Below are positions 1-9,134 of a stretch of DNA of 64,000 nt, piece by piece. Source of the stretch: an uncultured Candidatus Poseidoniales archaeon (lineage in GTDB: Archaea; Thermoplasmatota; Poseidoniia; Poseidoniales; Poseidoniaceae); assembly GCA_963968885.1 (NCBI GenBank), contig CAXAGT010000001.1, positions 5,861-69,860 on the forward strand, read 5' to 3'. The position numbers and the translations under genes are program-made. Each line of letters starts with the position of its first letter. The first letter of the stretch is position 1. The notes under the pieces were generated by a model. That model worked only from the letters and a program-made list of their open reading frames with translations, had not been told where the DNA came from and did no database searches.

Positions 1-2
1 AC

Positions 3-437
3 TACCAAAAGAAGAGGCAAGGATATGCGACACTATATTCTGATCACAACAAGATATTGAAAAACTCACAATCTGAACTAACATCAATAATGTCTTTACC
101 AATTTTCGGTTTCTTGGTTATTGTTTTGGGCATACCAACTCAGATTTCTTCTGATACTACTAACATAGTCAGCCTATTTGTATATGTATGCGTACTTGCA
201 ATTGGAGTATTCTTCATTGTAAGATATGCTAATAACGAGTATGGTAACTTATTCTTTAGGATGTCTCAAGTTGAACTCAAGGCTCAACGCATTGAACTTG
301 ATCTAACCGACCCCGCAGCCCTGCTAGCAGATATCGCTGATGAGGGGATCGACTTGTCTTCAATATTGGGAGAGGCTAGTGAAGCCGTCCAAGAAGAAGC
401 TAGTAATGAATCACCGGAGGTAGTTGAAAATGTCTGA
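3..437 (+). CDS. Hypothetical membrane protein, 5'-truncated at window edge (two TM helices, acidic C-terminal tail)
   Basis: The frame of ORF 57..437 is open back to position 3 (YQKKRQGYATLYSDHNKILKNS...). It has two hydrophobic segments and overlaps the next gene's start. Confidence 0.7.
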   Translation, partial: YQKKRQGYATLYSDHNKILKNSQSELTSIMSLPIFGFLVIVLGIPTQISSDTTNIVSLFVYVCVLAIGVFFIVRYANNEYGNLFFRMSQVELKAQRIELDLTDPAALLADIADEGIDLSSILGEASEAVQEEASNESPEVVENV

Positions 438-1593
438 AGAAGAATTCGGAACAGAGGCTGAACCGGATAATGGTTCAGGCCAAGGAGAAGGTTCCGAAAC
501 CTTGTCTAGGCGTGAAAGAAGACAACTTCAAAGGCAAGAAAGAAGGGCTCAGAGAGAAATTGAGCAAGCTTTAGACATAGAGGAAACCGAAGTTGTTGAG
601 GAAGAATACGATGAAGAACAATTCGAAACTCAAGAGCAAGAAGTTGATACCTCGCTTGATGATTTGAGGGAAGCCCAACTTAGTAGCCAAGCAAGAAGAG
701 CTTCAGCCGAGAGACTCCTTGCCGCAAATAGTGGTTTGGAACGGGCTGTTGTTGACGTTGTTGAAATGGAATCAAATTCACTTATTGCAGCAGAGCAAGA
801 ACTAATGGAGGCTAAGCACCTACTAAGTTCACATAAACTTCGAAAGGCAAGGAAAAGCGTTGAAAGAGCCGAGAAAAATCTATCAGATTTGGAGGAAGAA
901 GTTCTCAAACTAAGAAGAACTATGGCTACACTTCACCGTTTAATTCTCGAAAAAGACATTGCTGAGTATGAAATCGAAAATATTCTTACCAGACTGAGGA
1001 ACGCTACAAGCTCTGCAGAGCACGGCAATGTCTCTAGTGCAGCAAACGAAATCGAAGTCCTTGTTGAGGAAATGATAGATGGAAATGTATCAACCCTCAA
1101 CCCGTTCTTATTCAGACATTTCTGGATGGGAGTTACCACAAGATGGCCTGCTGGAGGTGACGTTGGTGTTTTGGTTGTCAGGATTATCAATGACGGGCCG
1201 ATAACCCTTCCAGTAATGAGAATGGAGCCACCAGTTCCCGAGGGTTGGGTTTGCACACCTAGGTTCATCGATGTCCCTGCGATTAGGCCTGGTGGAAACA
1301 TGCCGGTAAAGTTTGAAATATCTGCTCAACGAAGGTACGGGGCAGATGAAGTACCGCTTTCAAGAAAATTAGGGCTGTCAACAGCATATGAAGTAAGAAC
1401 AGGTGAGGTAATGTGTACAGTAAGAGCAGAGAGTTCCTTTGAGCCTCTACATGATGTCATTATTGCCCCTTGGATTCCGCCTGGGTTCAAAGCTCCAAAG
1501 GCTCCGTTCTTTTCGAAAATTGAACCAGGTTCAGAGCCGATTATCATTCGCATGCCACTGAGCATAGATCTAGGTCCCGGAGGTGCAAGGTGA
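430..1593 (+). CDS. Hypothetical protein: acidic N-terminus, long coiled coil, C-terminal beta-rich (Ig-like) region
   Basis: ATG at 430 follows GGAGGT. An E/R/L-rich helical region is followed by LVVRIINDG...PEGW...IRPGGNMPVKFEI, an Ig/CARDB-like pattern. It lies directly upstream of the archaellins. Confidence 0.75.
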   Translation: MSEEEFGTEAEPDNGSGQGEGSETLSRRERRQLQRQERRAQREIEQALDIEETEVVEEEYDEEQFETQEQEVDTSLDDLREAQLSSQARRASAERLLAANSGLERAVVDVVEMESNSLIAAEQELMEAKHLLSSHKLRKARKSVERAEKNLSDLEEEVLKLRRTMATLHRLILEKDIAEYEIENILTRLRNATSSAEHGNVSSAANEIEVLVEEMIDGNVSTLNPFLFRHFWMGVTTRWPAGGDVGVLVVRIINDGPITLPVMRMEPPVPEGWVCTPRFIDVPAIRPGGNMPVKFEISAQRRYGADEVPLSRKLGLSTAYEVRTGEVMCTVRAESSFEPLHDVIIAPWIPPGFKAPKAPFFSKIEPGSEPIIIRMPLSIDLGPGGAR

Positions 1594-1654
1594 CCACATC
1601 ATATTCCACCCGTTTAACGGGAGGACGAGTAAAAAAAACAATGGAGGAAAAAAA

Positions 1655-2224
1655 ATGAAGAACGAAAGAAAAGAAGAAAGCGATAATCTCGCTGCAATCG
1701 GAATAGGTGCAATGATAGTTTTCATTGCGCTAATTCTAGTAGCAGCGGTTGCTGCTGCAGTTATTATTCAAACTGCAGAAAAATTGCAACAGAACGCACA
1801 AGCATCTGGTGATGACACACAAGAGCAAATGTCAACAAAAGTGACATTGATCAACGTTGTCATCGAGACCATGGACGCAGGTACAACAACTTACGAATTA
1901 TTCGTAACGTTCGAACTTGCTCCTGGTTCTGAGCCAACGCAAGGTGATGATATCGGCTACTCGGTTATCTGTGAATCAGGTGGTAACACTCAATTCGCCC
2001 AAGGTGACCTTACAGGAGCCACTGTCCACACCGGAGATGGATCAGGTGCAGCAGCTATAACATTGAACCCAGGAACAACCTACGTGTTTGTTATGGAAAT
2101 AGATGAATGTGCACCAACTGCAAACACTGACAACATCTTGTTGTTCACTGTAACAAGCGGTGGAAGCACATACGAAGAATTGCAATACGGGTCTTCCCCG
2201 TCAGTAGGAGACGTCGTTGTTTGA
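1655..2224 (+). CDS. arlB: Archaellin 1
   Basis: Class III signal/N-terminal helix AIGIGAMIVFIALILVAAVAAAVIIQTA. SD GGAGG at 1643-1647, ATG 1655. Confidence 0.95.
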   Translation: MKNERKEESDNLAAIGIGAMIVFIALILVAAVAAAVIIQTAEKLQQNAQASGDDTQEQMSTKVTLINVVIETMDAGTTTYELFVTFELAPGSEPTQGDDIGYSVICESGGNTQFAQGDLTGATVHTGDGSGAAAITLNPGTTYVFVMEIDECAPTANTDNILLFTVTSGGSTYEELQYGSSPSVGDVVV

Positions 2225-2234
2225 GGTGATTAAA

Positions 2235-2855
2235 ATGAAGAATACAAATCAAGAATATAACATAAAAGAAGACAAGATAGCAGCAATTGGTATCGGCGCA
2301 ATGATCGTTTTCATCGCTCTGATTCTAGTTGCAGCAGTAGCAGCAGCGGTAATTATTCAAACTGCTGAAAAGTTACAACAGAATGCACAATCAACTGGTG
2401 ATGACACTACTGATGAAATGTCTGGTAAGGTCCAAATCCTCAACGTTTTCGTTGACGACCCTGCTGACTCATATGTAGTTTATTTCCGTCTTGCAGCTGG
2501 ATCTGATGATACTGCTGATGTAGACGTTCTATGGCAGATTTTCTGTGAAGACCCTGATGGTGGCGGCGGTGGAAACGCTGTAACCGACAGACTTGCAGGA
2601 AACTTCCGTCCGGGTGGAGCGGATTCAATTATCCCTCTATCATCTGAGGCAGGAACTGCTACAGACACTGCAGAAGCTGGTGTTTCATACAGAATCTCAC
2701 TAGATGCTAACGATGGTGTCGATCAAGATTGTAGCCCATCCCACCTATTCAACGAGAATATCAAGGCATCCTTGTACATTCACGTTGTTGGTGGCGGTTC
2801 TACTTACGATATCCTGAAAGTTAACGACGATTCCCGTGGAGCAGTAGTTGTCTGA
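2235..2855 (+). CDS. arlB: Archaellin 2
   Basis: Same archaellin N-terminal helix. SD GAGGTGA at 2223-2229, ATG 2235. Confidence 0.95.
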   Translation: MKNTNQEYNIKEDKIAAIGIGAMIVFIALILVAAVAAAVIIQTAEKLQQNAQSTGDDTTDEMSGKVQILNVFVDDPADSYVVYFRLAAGSDDTADVDVLWQIFCEDPDGGGGGNAVTDRLAGNFRPGGADSIIPLSSEAGTATDTAEAGVSYRISLDANDGVDQDCSPSHLFNENIKASLYIHVVGGGSTYDILKVNDDSRGAVVV

Positions 2856-2905
2856 TTGGGTACCCATTGCCAATTTTTGGCGTTTGGGTATACAGGAGGA
2901 ATACA

Positions 2906-3748
2906 ATGGCTTCGCGCTTTTTAGATAAAGCGGGGAAGGGATTTGACGAGGATGCGGAAACAACCGTAGCACATTTGGAAATACTTGCAAATGTAGATAT
3001 CGAAAAGGTCCCGTTCCCTGAACAGGGAGAACTTAGCGAAGAAGATGCATGGACAATATCGCCCAGCCCAACAAGGGCTAGGATGAATAGTATTGGAAGC
3101 GTTCCTAGCGTTACCACTACAATTGCTCCAGCACAAGTTCAAGTTCAAGCTCCCGCTGTTGACACAAGCGGTCTGGAGAGAATGATCTCTTCTAGACTTG
3201 ATATGGTGGAAGATGTTCTAAGAATGGTTGAATCCAAGGTTGAGCACGGGCTACCGATGCCTGGAGATCTCAATTCTGGAGAAATTATTGGTGAGAATAC
3301 TGAACTTCCAGAGGGCGCTATGCCTGATGATGTCCTCGTAACCGCTGATGGGCAGATGATAGAGGTTTCAAGCGGAGTTGATCGGCTGATGGTTGAAGAC
3401 GAAGTACCTCTTTTGGAGTTGTACGAAGCCCAAGCATTAGCGGCTAACCCATTCTTAATCGCACCAGATTCAGGACTCGGTGACCAAACCAATGTTGGTG
3501 CTCCAACAATAGCTGCACTACTTCTAGACAATATATCTGGAAGAGCTGCTGTAGGTTTTACGCAGAAAGCAATGGACGTTGGAATGTTGACGCAAGAGGA
3601 GGGCTCCCAAGTCCTCGCAATTGTACAATTAGCAGCACCCGGTGATGCTACCGCAGCGTTGGATGACCACCTTAAAGATAGAGATTTACTAAGATTTTCA
3701 GCCCTTGTTAGTCAATGGAGAAAATCCTCAAAACCTAGAGGTGAATGA
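2906..3748 (+). CDS. Divergent ArlD/E (FlaD/E)-like archaellum accessory protein
   Basis: Lies between arlB and arlF. The C-terminal helical domain (GMLTQEE...DHLKDRDLLRF) weakly echoes the FlaD/E GWISE...DH pattern. SD AGGAGG precedes ATG 2906. Confidence 0.55.
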   Translation: MASRFLDKAGKGFDEDAETTVAHLEILANVDIEKVPFPEQGELSEEDAWTISPSPTRARMNSIGSVPSVTTTIAPAQVQVQAPAVDTSGLERMISSRLDMVEDVLRMVESKVEHGLPMPGDLNSGEIIGENTELPEGAMPDDVLVTADGQMIEVSSGVDRLMVEDEVPLLELYEAQALAANPFLIAPDSGLGDQTNVGAPTIAALLLDNISGRAAVGFTQKAMDVGMLTQEEGSQVLAIVQLAAPGDATAALDDHLKDRDLLRFSALVSQWRKSSKPRGE

Positions 3749-3749
3749 T

Positions 3750-4382
3750 TTGGGAGCCTCGGTTGGTATTGGTGGTCTAGTAATGGGGACTTCGTTACTC
3801 GTAGTCTGCGCTGTTGCGCTAACAACGATTAGTTCCCAACTAGACACTTCGATAGAAGTTATCGAATCAACCGAGCAAAAGACGCCTGAATTTGAATTAG
3901 TTGATATTAACTATTCATCCAGGGCAATTCTCTCAGTCGTAATAACAGACGCTGGAACCGGATATACTAATGGAACTATTAGTGCAACAACTGGTAGTTT
4001 TTCTGCTACATTTTCCGTGAACAGTACTGGATCAATAATTAGCATAGATATTGTGGATAGGGGAAATTACTCGTCCTCTCCAACTCTTGTTGTGGATACC
4101 CCTAATCCCGGCGTGAACGCTAGTTTCACAATATCTTCTGGTAATTATATTGAATTTGAGTTATTGAATTCAGGATCTGAGATAATGGAATTAAACAACA
4201 CTTGGATTTTCCTTAACGGAACTGAACCATATAATCTTGGTTCCCTTTACACGCCTAGCATATCATCTTGGAATTGGTATCAAGGGGAAACAATTCAGGT
4301 ACAAATGACTCCAATATCTTCGCAATGGTATGATCGAATATCATTTAGTACAATGGGATATAATTTAGCGGCTAATATTTGA
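3750..4382 (+). CDS. arlF: Archaellum stator protein ArlF (FlaF) with internal insertion
   Basis: SD GAGGTGA at 3738-3744 and TTG 3750 give MGASVGIGG plus a TM helix. The C-terminal NSGSEIM...WIFLNG...WYQGETI is FlaF-like. Syntenic before arlG. Confidence 0.75.
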   Translation: MGASVGIGGLVMGTSLLVVCAVALTTISSQLDTSIEVIESTEQKTPEFELVDINYSSRAILSVVITDAGTGYTNGTISATTGSFSATFSVNSTGSIISIDIVDRGNYSSSPTLVVDTPNPGVNASFTISSGNYIEFELLNSGSEIMELNNTWIFLNGTEPYNLGSLYTPSISSWNWYQGETIQVQMTPISSQWYDRISFSTMGYNLAANI

Positions 4383-4391
4383 GGTGAATTA

Positions 4392-4883
4392 ATGGCAGAC
4401 GGTGGCTCATCAACTTTCATTATGCTGGTTACAGCATTATTGGTAAGTGGTACGGTAAGTACTTTTTTGATAAGCGAATGGAATCAATTTGCTAGGGATG
4501 CGACAGAATCTAGAAAAGCGATGGTAGCAAATTCAGAAACTGGTTGTGAATTAATTGGAGACTTCTCGAGAGTCCCGTATGACACTACAGACCAAGAAAT
4601 CACTGTTTTCATTCAAAACACTGACAAGAGAGTTCTTGACTCATCTGGATTAGTAGTTATTGTTGATGGTGAACAGCGCTCTGCAAATTTGACATCAACA
4701 ATTAGCCCAGCAGGGGATTGGCAAAAAGGATCAATCGCAGAAGTGGTAATTGAAGGTCCATCTTCATGGTCTTATTCTGATGGAGATGATGTTTCCCTGT
4801 CAATAGTTTGTTCTTCTGAATTCAGCAATGGCGTTAGAGGAACTGATACAATTAATCAGGAGGTGAGATTAGATGCTGTCTAG
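4392..4883 (+). CDS. arlG: Archaellum stator protein ArlG (FlaG)
   Basis: N-terminal SSTFIMLVTALLVSG TM, then ITVFIQNT...VIVDG...WQKG. Located before arlH. Confidence 0.85.
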   Translation: MADGGSSTFIMLVTALLVSGTVSTFLISEWNQFARDATESRKAMVANSETGCELIGDFSRVPYDTTDQEITVFIQNTDKRVLDSSGLVVIVDGEQRSANLTSTISPAGDWQKGSIAEVVIEGPSSWSYSDGDDVSLSIVCSSEFSNGVRGTDTINQEVRLDAV

Positions 4884-5595
4884 CGATGATTTACCTGTCC
4901 CGGTTGAGGATGGTTTCCCCTACGAAGTAGAAACAGATTCCTTGGCTGATTCTATGGGTGCTAGACTCCCTAATCGCTCTCTAATGCTATTACAAGGTTC
5001 TGTGGGTGGAGGAAAATCAATTATCTCTCAGAGGCTTGTTCATGGCTTACTTCACAATGGCGCTAAAATTCTAGTAGTCACCACAGAATTGACTACAAGA
5101 GGCTACATAGAGCAAATGGAAAGCGTCGGTTACGGAATAACATCATTCCTTGCCTCTGGGCAATTGACAATATTTTCTCGCTTCGGAACAGTAGCTGAGT
5201 CAAAGTCAGATGTTACATTGACCGATGTTCTTGATTCTCCTGCAATAAAGTATGCAGACATAGTTGTATTTGATTCTGCATCTTCACTGATGCCTGATAT
5301 AGAAACGAATGAAGAGAGATTCAAGATAATGAAGAGACTTAGAGAAGAGGTTTCAACCGGCAGGTCGTTTTTGTTATGTATTGATCCGGATGCTATGGAC
5401 ACTAAATTACTCCACGCATTGAGAGAATCTGCTGAAGTAGTTCTTGATTTATTGACTAATCTAATCGGTGGGACATTGAATCGAACAATATTGGTTACAA
5501 GGTTTTTGAGAGCAGCAGGTCCTGTTCAGTCAACAATTGGCTGGAGAGTAGAGCCTGGAATGGGATTCATCGTAGATATTACCGCCGTGAGCTGA
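4873..5595 (+). CDS. arlH: Archaellum KaiC-like ATP-binding protein ArlH (FlaH)
   Basis: Walker A GSVGGGKS, TTELT motif, Walker B VVFDS, C-terminal WRVEPGMGFIVDITAV. Confidence 0.93.
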   Translation: MLSSDDLPVPVEDGFPYEVETDSLADSMGARLPNRSLMLLQGSVGGGKSIISQRLVHGLLHNGAKILVVTTELTTRGYIEQMESVGYGITSFLASGQLTIFSRFGTVAESKSDVTLTDVLDSPAIKYADIVVFDSASSLMPDIETNEERFKIMKRLREEVSTGRSFLLCIDPDAMDTKLLHALRESAEVVLDLLTNLIGGTLNRTILVTRFLRAAGPVQSTIGWRVEPGMGFIVDITAVS

Positions 5596-5605
5596 GGTGT
5601 AAATT

Positions 5606-7318
5606 ATGGTTGATGATGGTGGATTTGCGAAAGGAGACTTGGCAGGAGTCATGTCAAAGCATCCACACGTAGAAAAGTGGGTCCAAGACTTTGAAGCAAG
5701 ATATGGTACAAGGCCAGAATATTATGGTCCACTTGATCGAGATGCAAAAAAGCAGAGACCATTCAACTTAATCTACATAACAAAAGAACCGATTTTTGTT
5801 CACATTTACGAACCTCCAAAAGATGAAGAAGGTGGAGGACAAGTCCTGTGGTTTGGTCTGGAGCCTCAACTAACCGAGGAAGAAGAGAATATTCGCAGAG
5901 ATTTAGTTGAAGTATTACTTCAAGAAGCACCAACTGCTCCATCTTTCACCACTGATGATGAATTCGAAAACATTCTCAGTCAAATGATAGATAGGCATAC
6001 TGTATTAGACACAGAGGTAGTTGGACCAAGAAGACAAGGAAGACTCTGGTCAATGGTTGGAATGGAAGACAGAAGACTCACTGTATCTGAGAAGCAAAAA
6101 AATCGACTGAATTATATTATCATAAGAGATTTGATTCGCAACGGTCCTCTTGAACCATTGTTGAGCGATGAGATGCTCGAAGATATTCACTCCGTAGGAT
6201 TGAAACATATTCACATGGATCACAAGGTATTCGGAATGGTTACCTCCAACATAAGGTTTAGAGAACGTGATTTACTTGCGAAATTCCTTCGAGCAATGTC
6301 AGAGAGAATTGGACGACCTGTTTCCGATAACAAACCAATTATTGATGGCGCATTACTAGATGGTTCACGTATCAACATCGTTTTCTCAGATGACGTTTCC
6401 ATGCTTGGTCCATCTTTCACAATCAGAAAATTCGCTGAGGAGACAATCTCAATAACTCAACTAATTCAATGGGGAACTATTTCCTCACAACTGGCAGCAT
6501 ACATTTGGATTTGTTTGGAATATGGTATGTCCGTGCTCGTTTCTGGTGAGACAGCATCTGGTAAAACTACAACGCTGAATGCGATTCTCCCATTTATTGA
6601 TCACAATGTAAAAATTTATTCTGCTGAAGATACTCCTGAAGTAAAAGTTAGGCACAAAATCTGGCAGAGATTAGTAACTAGAGATTCCAAAAATGAGGAC
6701 TCAAGAGTTGAAATGTTCGACTTGCTGAAGGCTGCTTTAAGGAGCCGTCCTCGATACATTATCATCGGTGAGATCAGAGGTGTTGAAGGTGCTACTGCTT
6801 TCCAGGCTATGCAAACAGGTCACCCAGTAATCGCTACTTTCCACGCATCTTCGATTGTTAAGATGATTCAAAGATTTACAGGTGATCCTATCAATGTTCC
6901 AATTCGTTTCTTTGACAACCTGAATTTTGCAATTTTCCAAGAAGTTGTCGAAGCACCTGGTGGAGGAATTGCTCGTAGAGTGACAGGAATTGATGAGGTA
7001 ATTGGATACAATAAGCATTCGGATGGTGTTCTAACCAGAGGAATGTTCGAATGGGATCCTGTGAAGGACAAGCATTACTTCCGTGGTATGTTCCAGTCTC
7101 ATCTTCTTGAAAATAAAATTGCGGCGATGGCTGGATTTTCGAACAAGAGAGACATTTACGATGACATGATGAAAAGGGCTGAGGCAATCCAAAGGATGGT
7201 CGATAGAGGTTTAACTCATTACGATGATGTGTTTGATTTACTGGGTATTTACTACAACAGTGGTTTTGAAATGTTCAGTAGTGCTATCGATTCATGGGTC
7301 GGGATTAATCAAGACTGA
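5606..7318 (+). CDS. arlI: Archaellum motor ATPase ArlI (FlaI)
   Basis: Walker A GETASGKTT, AEDTPE, LRSRPRYIIIGEIRG, AMQTGH...TFHA: a secretion-superfamily ATPase. Confidence 0.96.
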   Translation: MVDDGGFAKGDLAGVMSKHPHVEKWVQDFEARYGTRPEYYGPLDRDAKKQRPFNLIYITKEPIFVHIYEPPKDEEGGGQVLWFGLEPQLTEEEENIRRDLVEVLLQEAPTAPSFTTDDEFENILSQMIDRHTVLDTEVVGPRRQGRLWSMVGMEDRRLTVSEKQKNRLNYIIIRDLIRNGPLEPLLSDEMLEDIHSVGLKHIHMDHKVFGMVTSNIRFRERDLLAKFLRAMSERIGRPVSDNKPIIDGALLDGSRINIVFSDDVSMLGPSFTIRKFAEETISITQLIQWGTISSQLAAYIWICLEYGMSVLVSGETASGKTTTLNAILPFIDHNVKIYSAEDTPEVKVRHKIWQRLVTRDSKNEDSRVEMFDLLKAALRSRPRYIIIGEIRGVEGATAFQAMQTGHPVIATFHASSIVKMIQRFTGDPINVPIRFFDNLNFAIFQEVVEAPGGGIARRVTGIDEVIGYNKHSDGVLTRGMFEWDPVKDKHYFRGMFQSHLLENKIAAMAGFSNKRDIYDDMMKRAEAIQRMVDRGLTHYDDVFDLLGIYYNSGFEMFSSAIDSWVGINQD

Positions 7319-7328
7319 GGTGAATTGA

Positions 7329-9134
7329 TTGGAGAGAATGGCAGATTGGCAAATCGCCTTAAGGCGAATTGAAATGCCATTTCCCAGATACATTTTACTC
7401 TACGTTATACCAGCAGCATTCGCTGGTTTTATCACTTCTTTAGTACTGATATTTTCTTCAGGAGGATTTGCAGAGGGCGCTTTATTTTCTGGCGTAGCAG
7501 GGATTCTACTATTGGTGATGTTACCTTTTTTGTTGGGCGGTTCTGCCCTAGGCTACCCCTTGCTTGAGGTTCAGCGTAGCGCAGTAAAAATCGAGAAAGA
7601 GATGCATATGTTCATCACTAGGATGGGTATTTTGTCCCTTGGTGAGGTTGGCGCACAATCAATGTTCGACATCCTCAAACAAATGAGTGATTATGGTGAA
7701 TTAGCAAATGAGGTAAAGAGGATTGAAATTCTCGTAGATAGATGGAATACCTCACTTCCTGAAGCATCTAGAATTGTTGCTCAGCAATCTCCCTCTCCAT
7801 TGTGGGCAGATTTTTTGGACAGGATGGCTTTCTCTATTGAAGCAGGTCAACCAATCGATGAGTTCATGAGAGCTGAGCAAGAAACTATCGCAGAACAATA
7901 CGATACACTCTACGATACAAGGTTGGAAAGCGTTGACAATATGAAGGAAATCTATGTGTCATTGGTCAGTGCTGGATTATTTGGTTTAGTCATTTCCGGA
8001 ATACACCTTGTTTTATTCGAAATTGGTAGCCTTGATGATCCACCAATCGTAATAGCTAGTAGGCTTAGATTCCTATTACTTGCAGGATTACTTTTCACCA
8101 CCGTGCAAATAATCGCAGTTTTTGCTTTCAGGGCAACAATTCCTGATGATCAGACCTTCGCTAGAGATGATTTTGATACACCTTACAGAGTTTTACAAAC
8201 TAAGATGCTAATCTTTTCAACTATAGCAACAGTGTTTATGGTTGGATTGACTACTTTGTTTGTAATAATTGCATGGGATGCAATTGCTCCATCTTGGGAT
8301 AAGTGGGGATTGCTTTTGATAGCTATACCACTTTCTCCAATGTTGGTTCCCGCAGTTTTTGTTTCAAGGGAAGAAAGTAAGGTTCTTCGCCGAGATGAAA
8401 CCTATCCTGATTTTATTCGTGCATTGGGCGGTACTGCACAAGCAAGGTCGGCAGAACCTGTTGCTACAATCAAAGCTCTGAGAGGAATTGATTTCGGTGT
8501 TTTAGATCCGAGTATTGATCGTCTTGAAAGGAGGCTTGCTACGAGAATTGATTCAGATAGGGCATGGGATTATTTCAACGCAGACACCAACTCAGCGGTT
8601 ATTTCAAGATATACAAGAATATACATCGAAGGTTCACAATCATCTGGTCAACCTGCCTCAACTGCAGAAATGGTATCAAGATCTGTAGGTAGTCTGCTTT
8701 CTTTGAGAAATAGGCGTTCACTATCTGCGAAAACAATGTGGGGAGTTGCATTAGGTTTACTGATAGCAAGCGTAACCTCATTGAACGTAACTATCTCTAT
8801 TGTTCTTCAACTGGGAGAGGCAATAGCAGGTGTTGCAACAGGTCTCACTGAGTCAACTGATACCTCTGAATTAACATCATTTGGAGCGGGAGTTGCACTT
8901 CCAGTAATGGAAAACCCTGAGGTTGTCCCACAAAACATTAAGCTTTTCAAAATTGTTTCCTCAATCTTGATTATGATTCAAATCGCGGCGGTCTCATTGA
9001 TTGCCACCAGATTGCGTGGTGGAGGATTCACCAGCGCCATGGGTCAAATGATTCAGTTACTTTGGGTAGCAGGGATTGCTTCCTTCGTTACTGCAGTCAT
9101 ACTAGAAAGAACAAGCGGAATCTTTGGAATTTAG
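7329..9134 (+). CDS. arlJ: Archaellum membrane platform protein ArlJ (FlaJ)
   Basis: Polytopic protein with two T2SS-F-like cytoplasmic domains (DFLDRMAFSIEAG; YPDFIRALG). Follows arlI. Confidence 0.92.
   Translation: MERMADWQIALRRIEMPFPRYILLYVIPAAFAGFITSLVLIFSSGGFAEGALFSGVAGILLLVMLPFLLGGSALGYPLLEVQRSAVKIEKEMHMFITRMGILSLGEVGAQSMFDILKQMSDYGELANEVKRIEILVDRWNTSLPEASRIVAQQSPSPLWADFLDRMAFSIEAGQPIDEFMRAEQETIAEQYDTLYDTRLESVDNMKEIYVSLVSAGLFGLVISGIHLVLFEIGSLDDPPIVIASRLRFLLLAGLLFTTVQIIAVFAFRATIPDDQTFARDDFDTPYRVLQTKMLIFSTIATVFMVGLTTLFVIIAWDAIAPSWDKWGLLLIAIPLSPMLVPAVFVSREESKVLRRDETYPDFIRALGGTAQARSAEPVATIKALRGIDFGVLDPSIDRLERRLATRIDSDRAWDYFNADTNSAVISRYTRIYIEGSQSSGQPASTAEMVSRSVGSLLSLRNRRSLSAKTMWGVALGLLIASVTSLNVTISIVLQLGEAIAGVATGLTESTDTSELTSFGAGVALPVMENPEVVPQNIKLFKIVSSILIMIQIAAVSLIATRLRGGGFTSAMGQMIQLLWVAGIASFVTAVILERTSGIFGI

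Noticed and set aside
1690..2410. Near-duplicate DNA at the 5' ends of the two archaellin genes
   Set aside because: This is the conserved archaellin N-terminal helix with many synonymous differences: ordinary paralogy, not a repeat element or recombination cassette.
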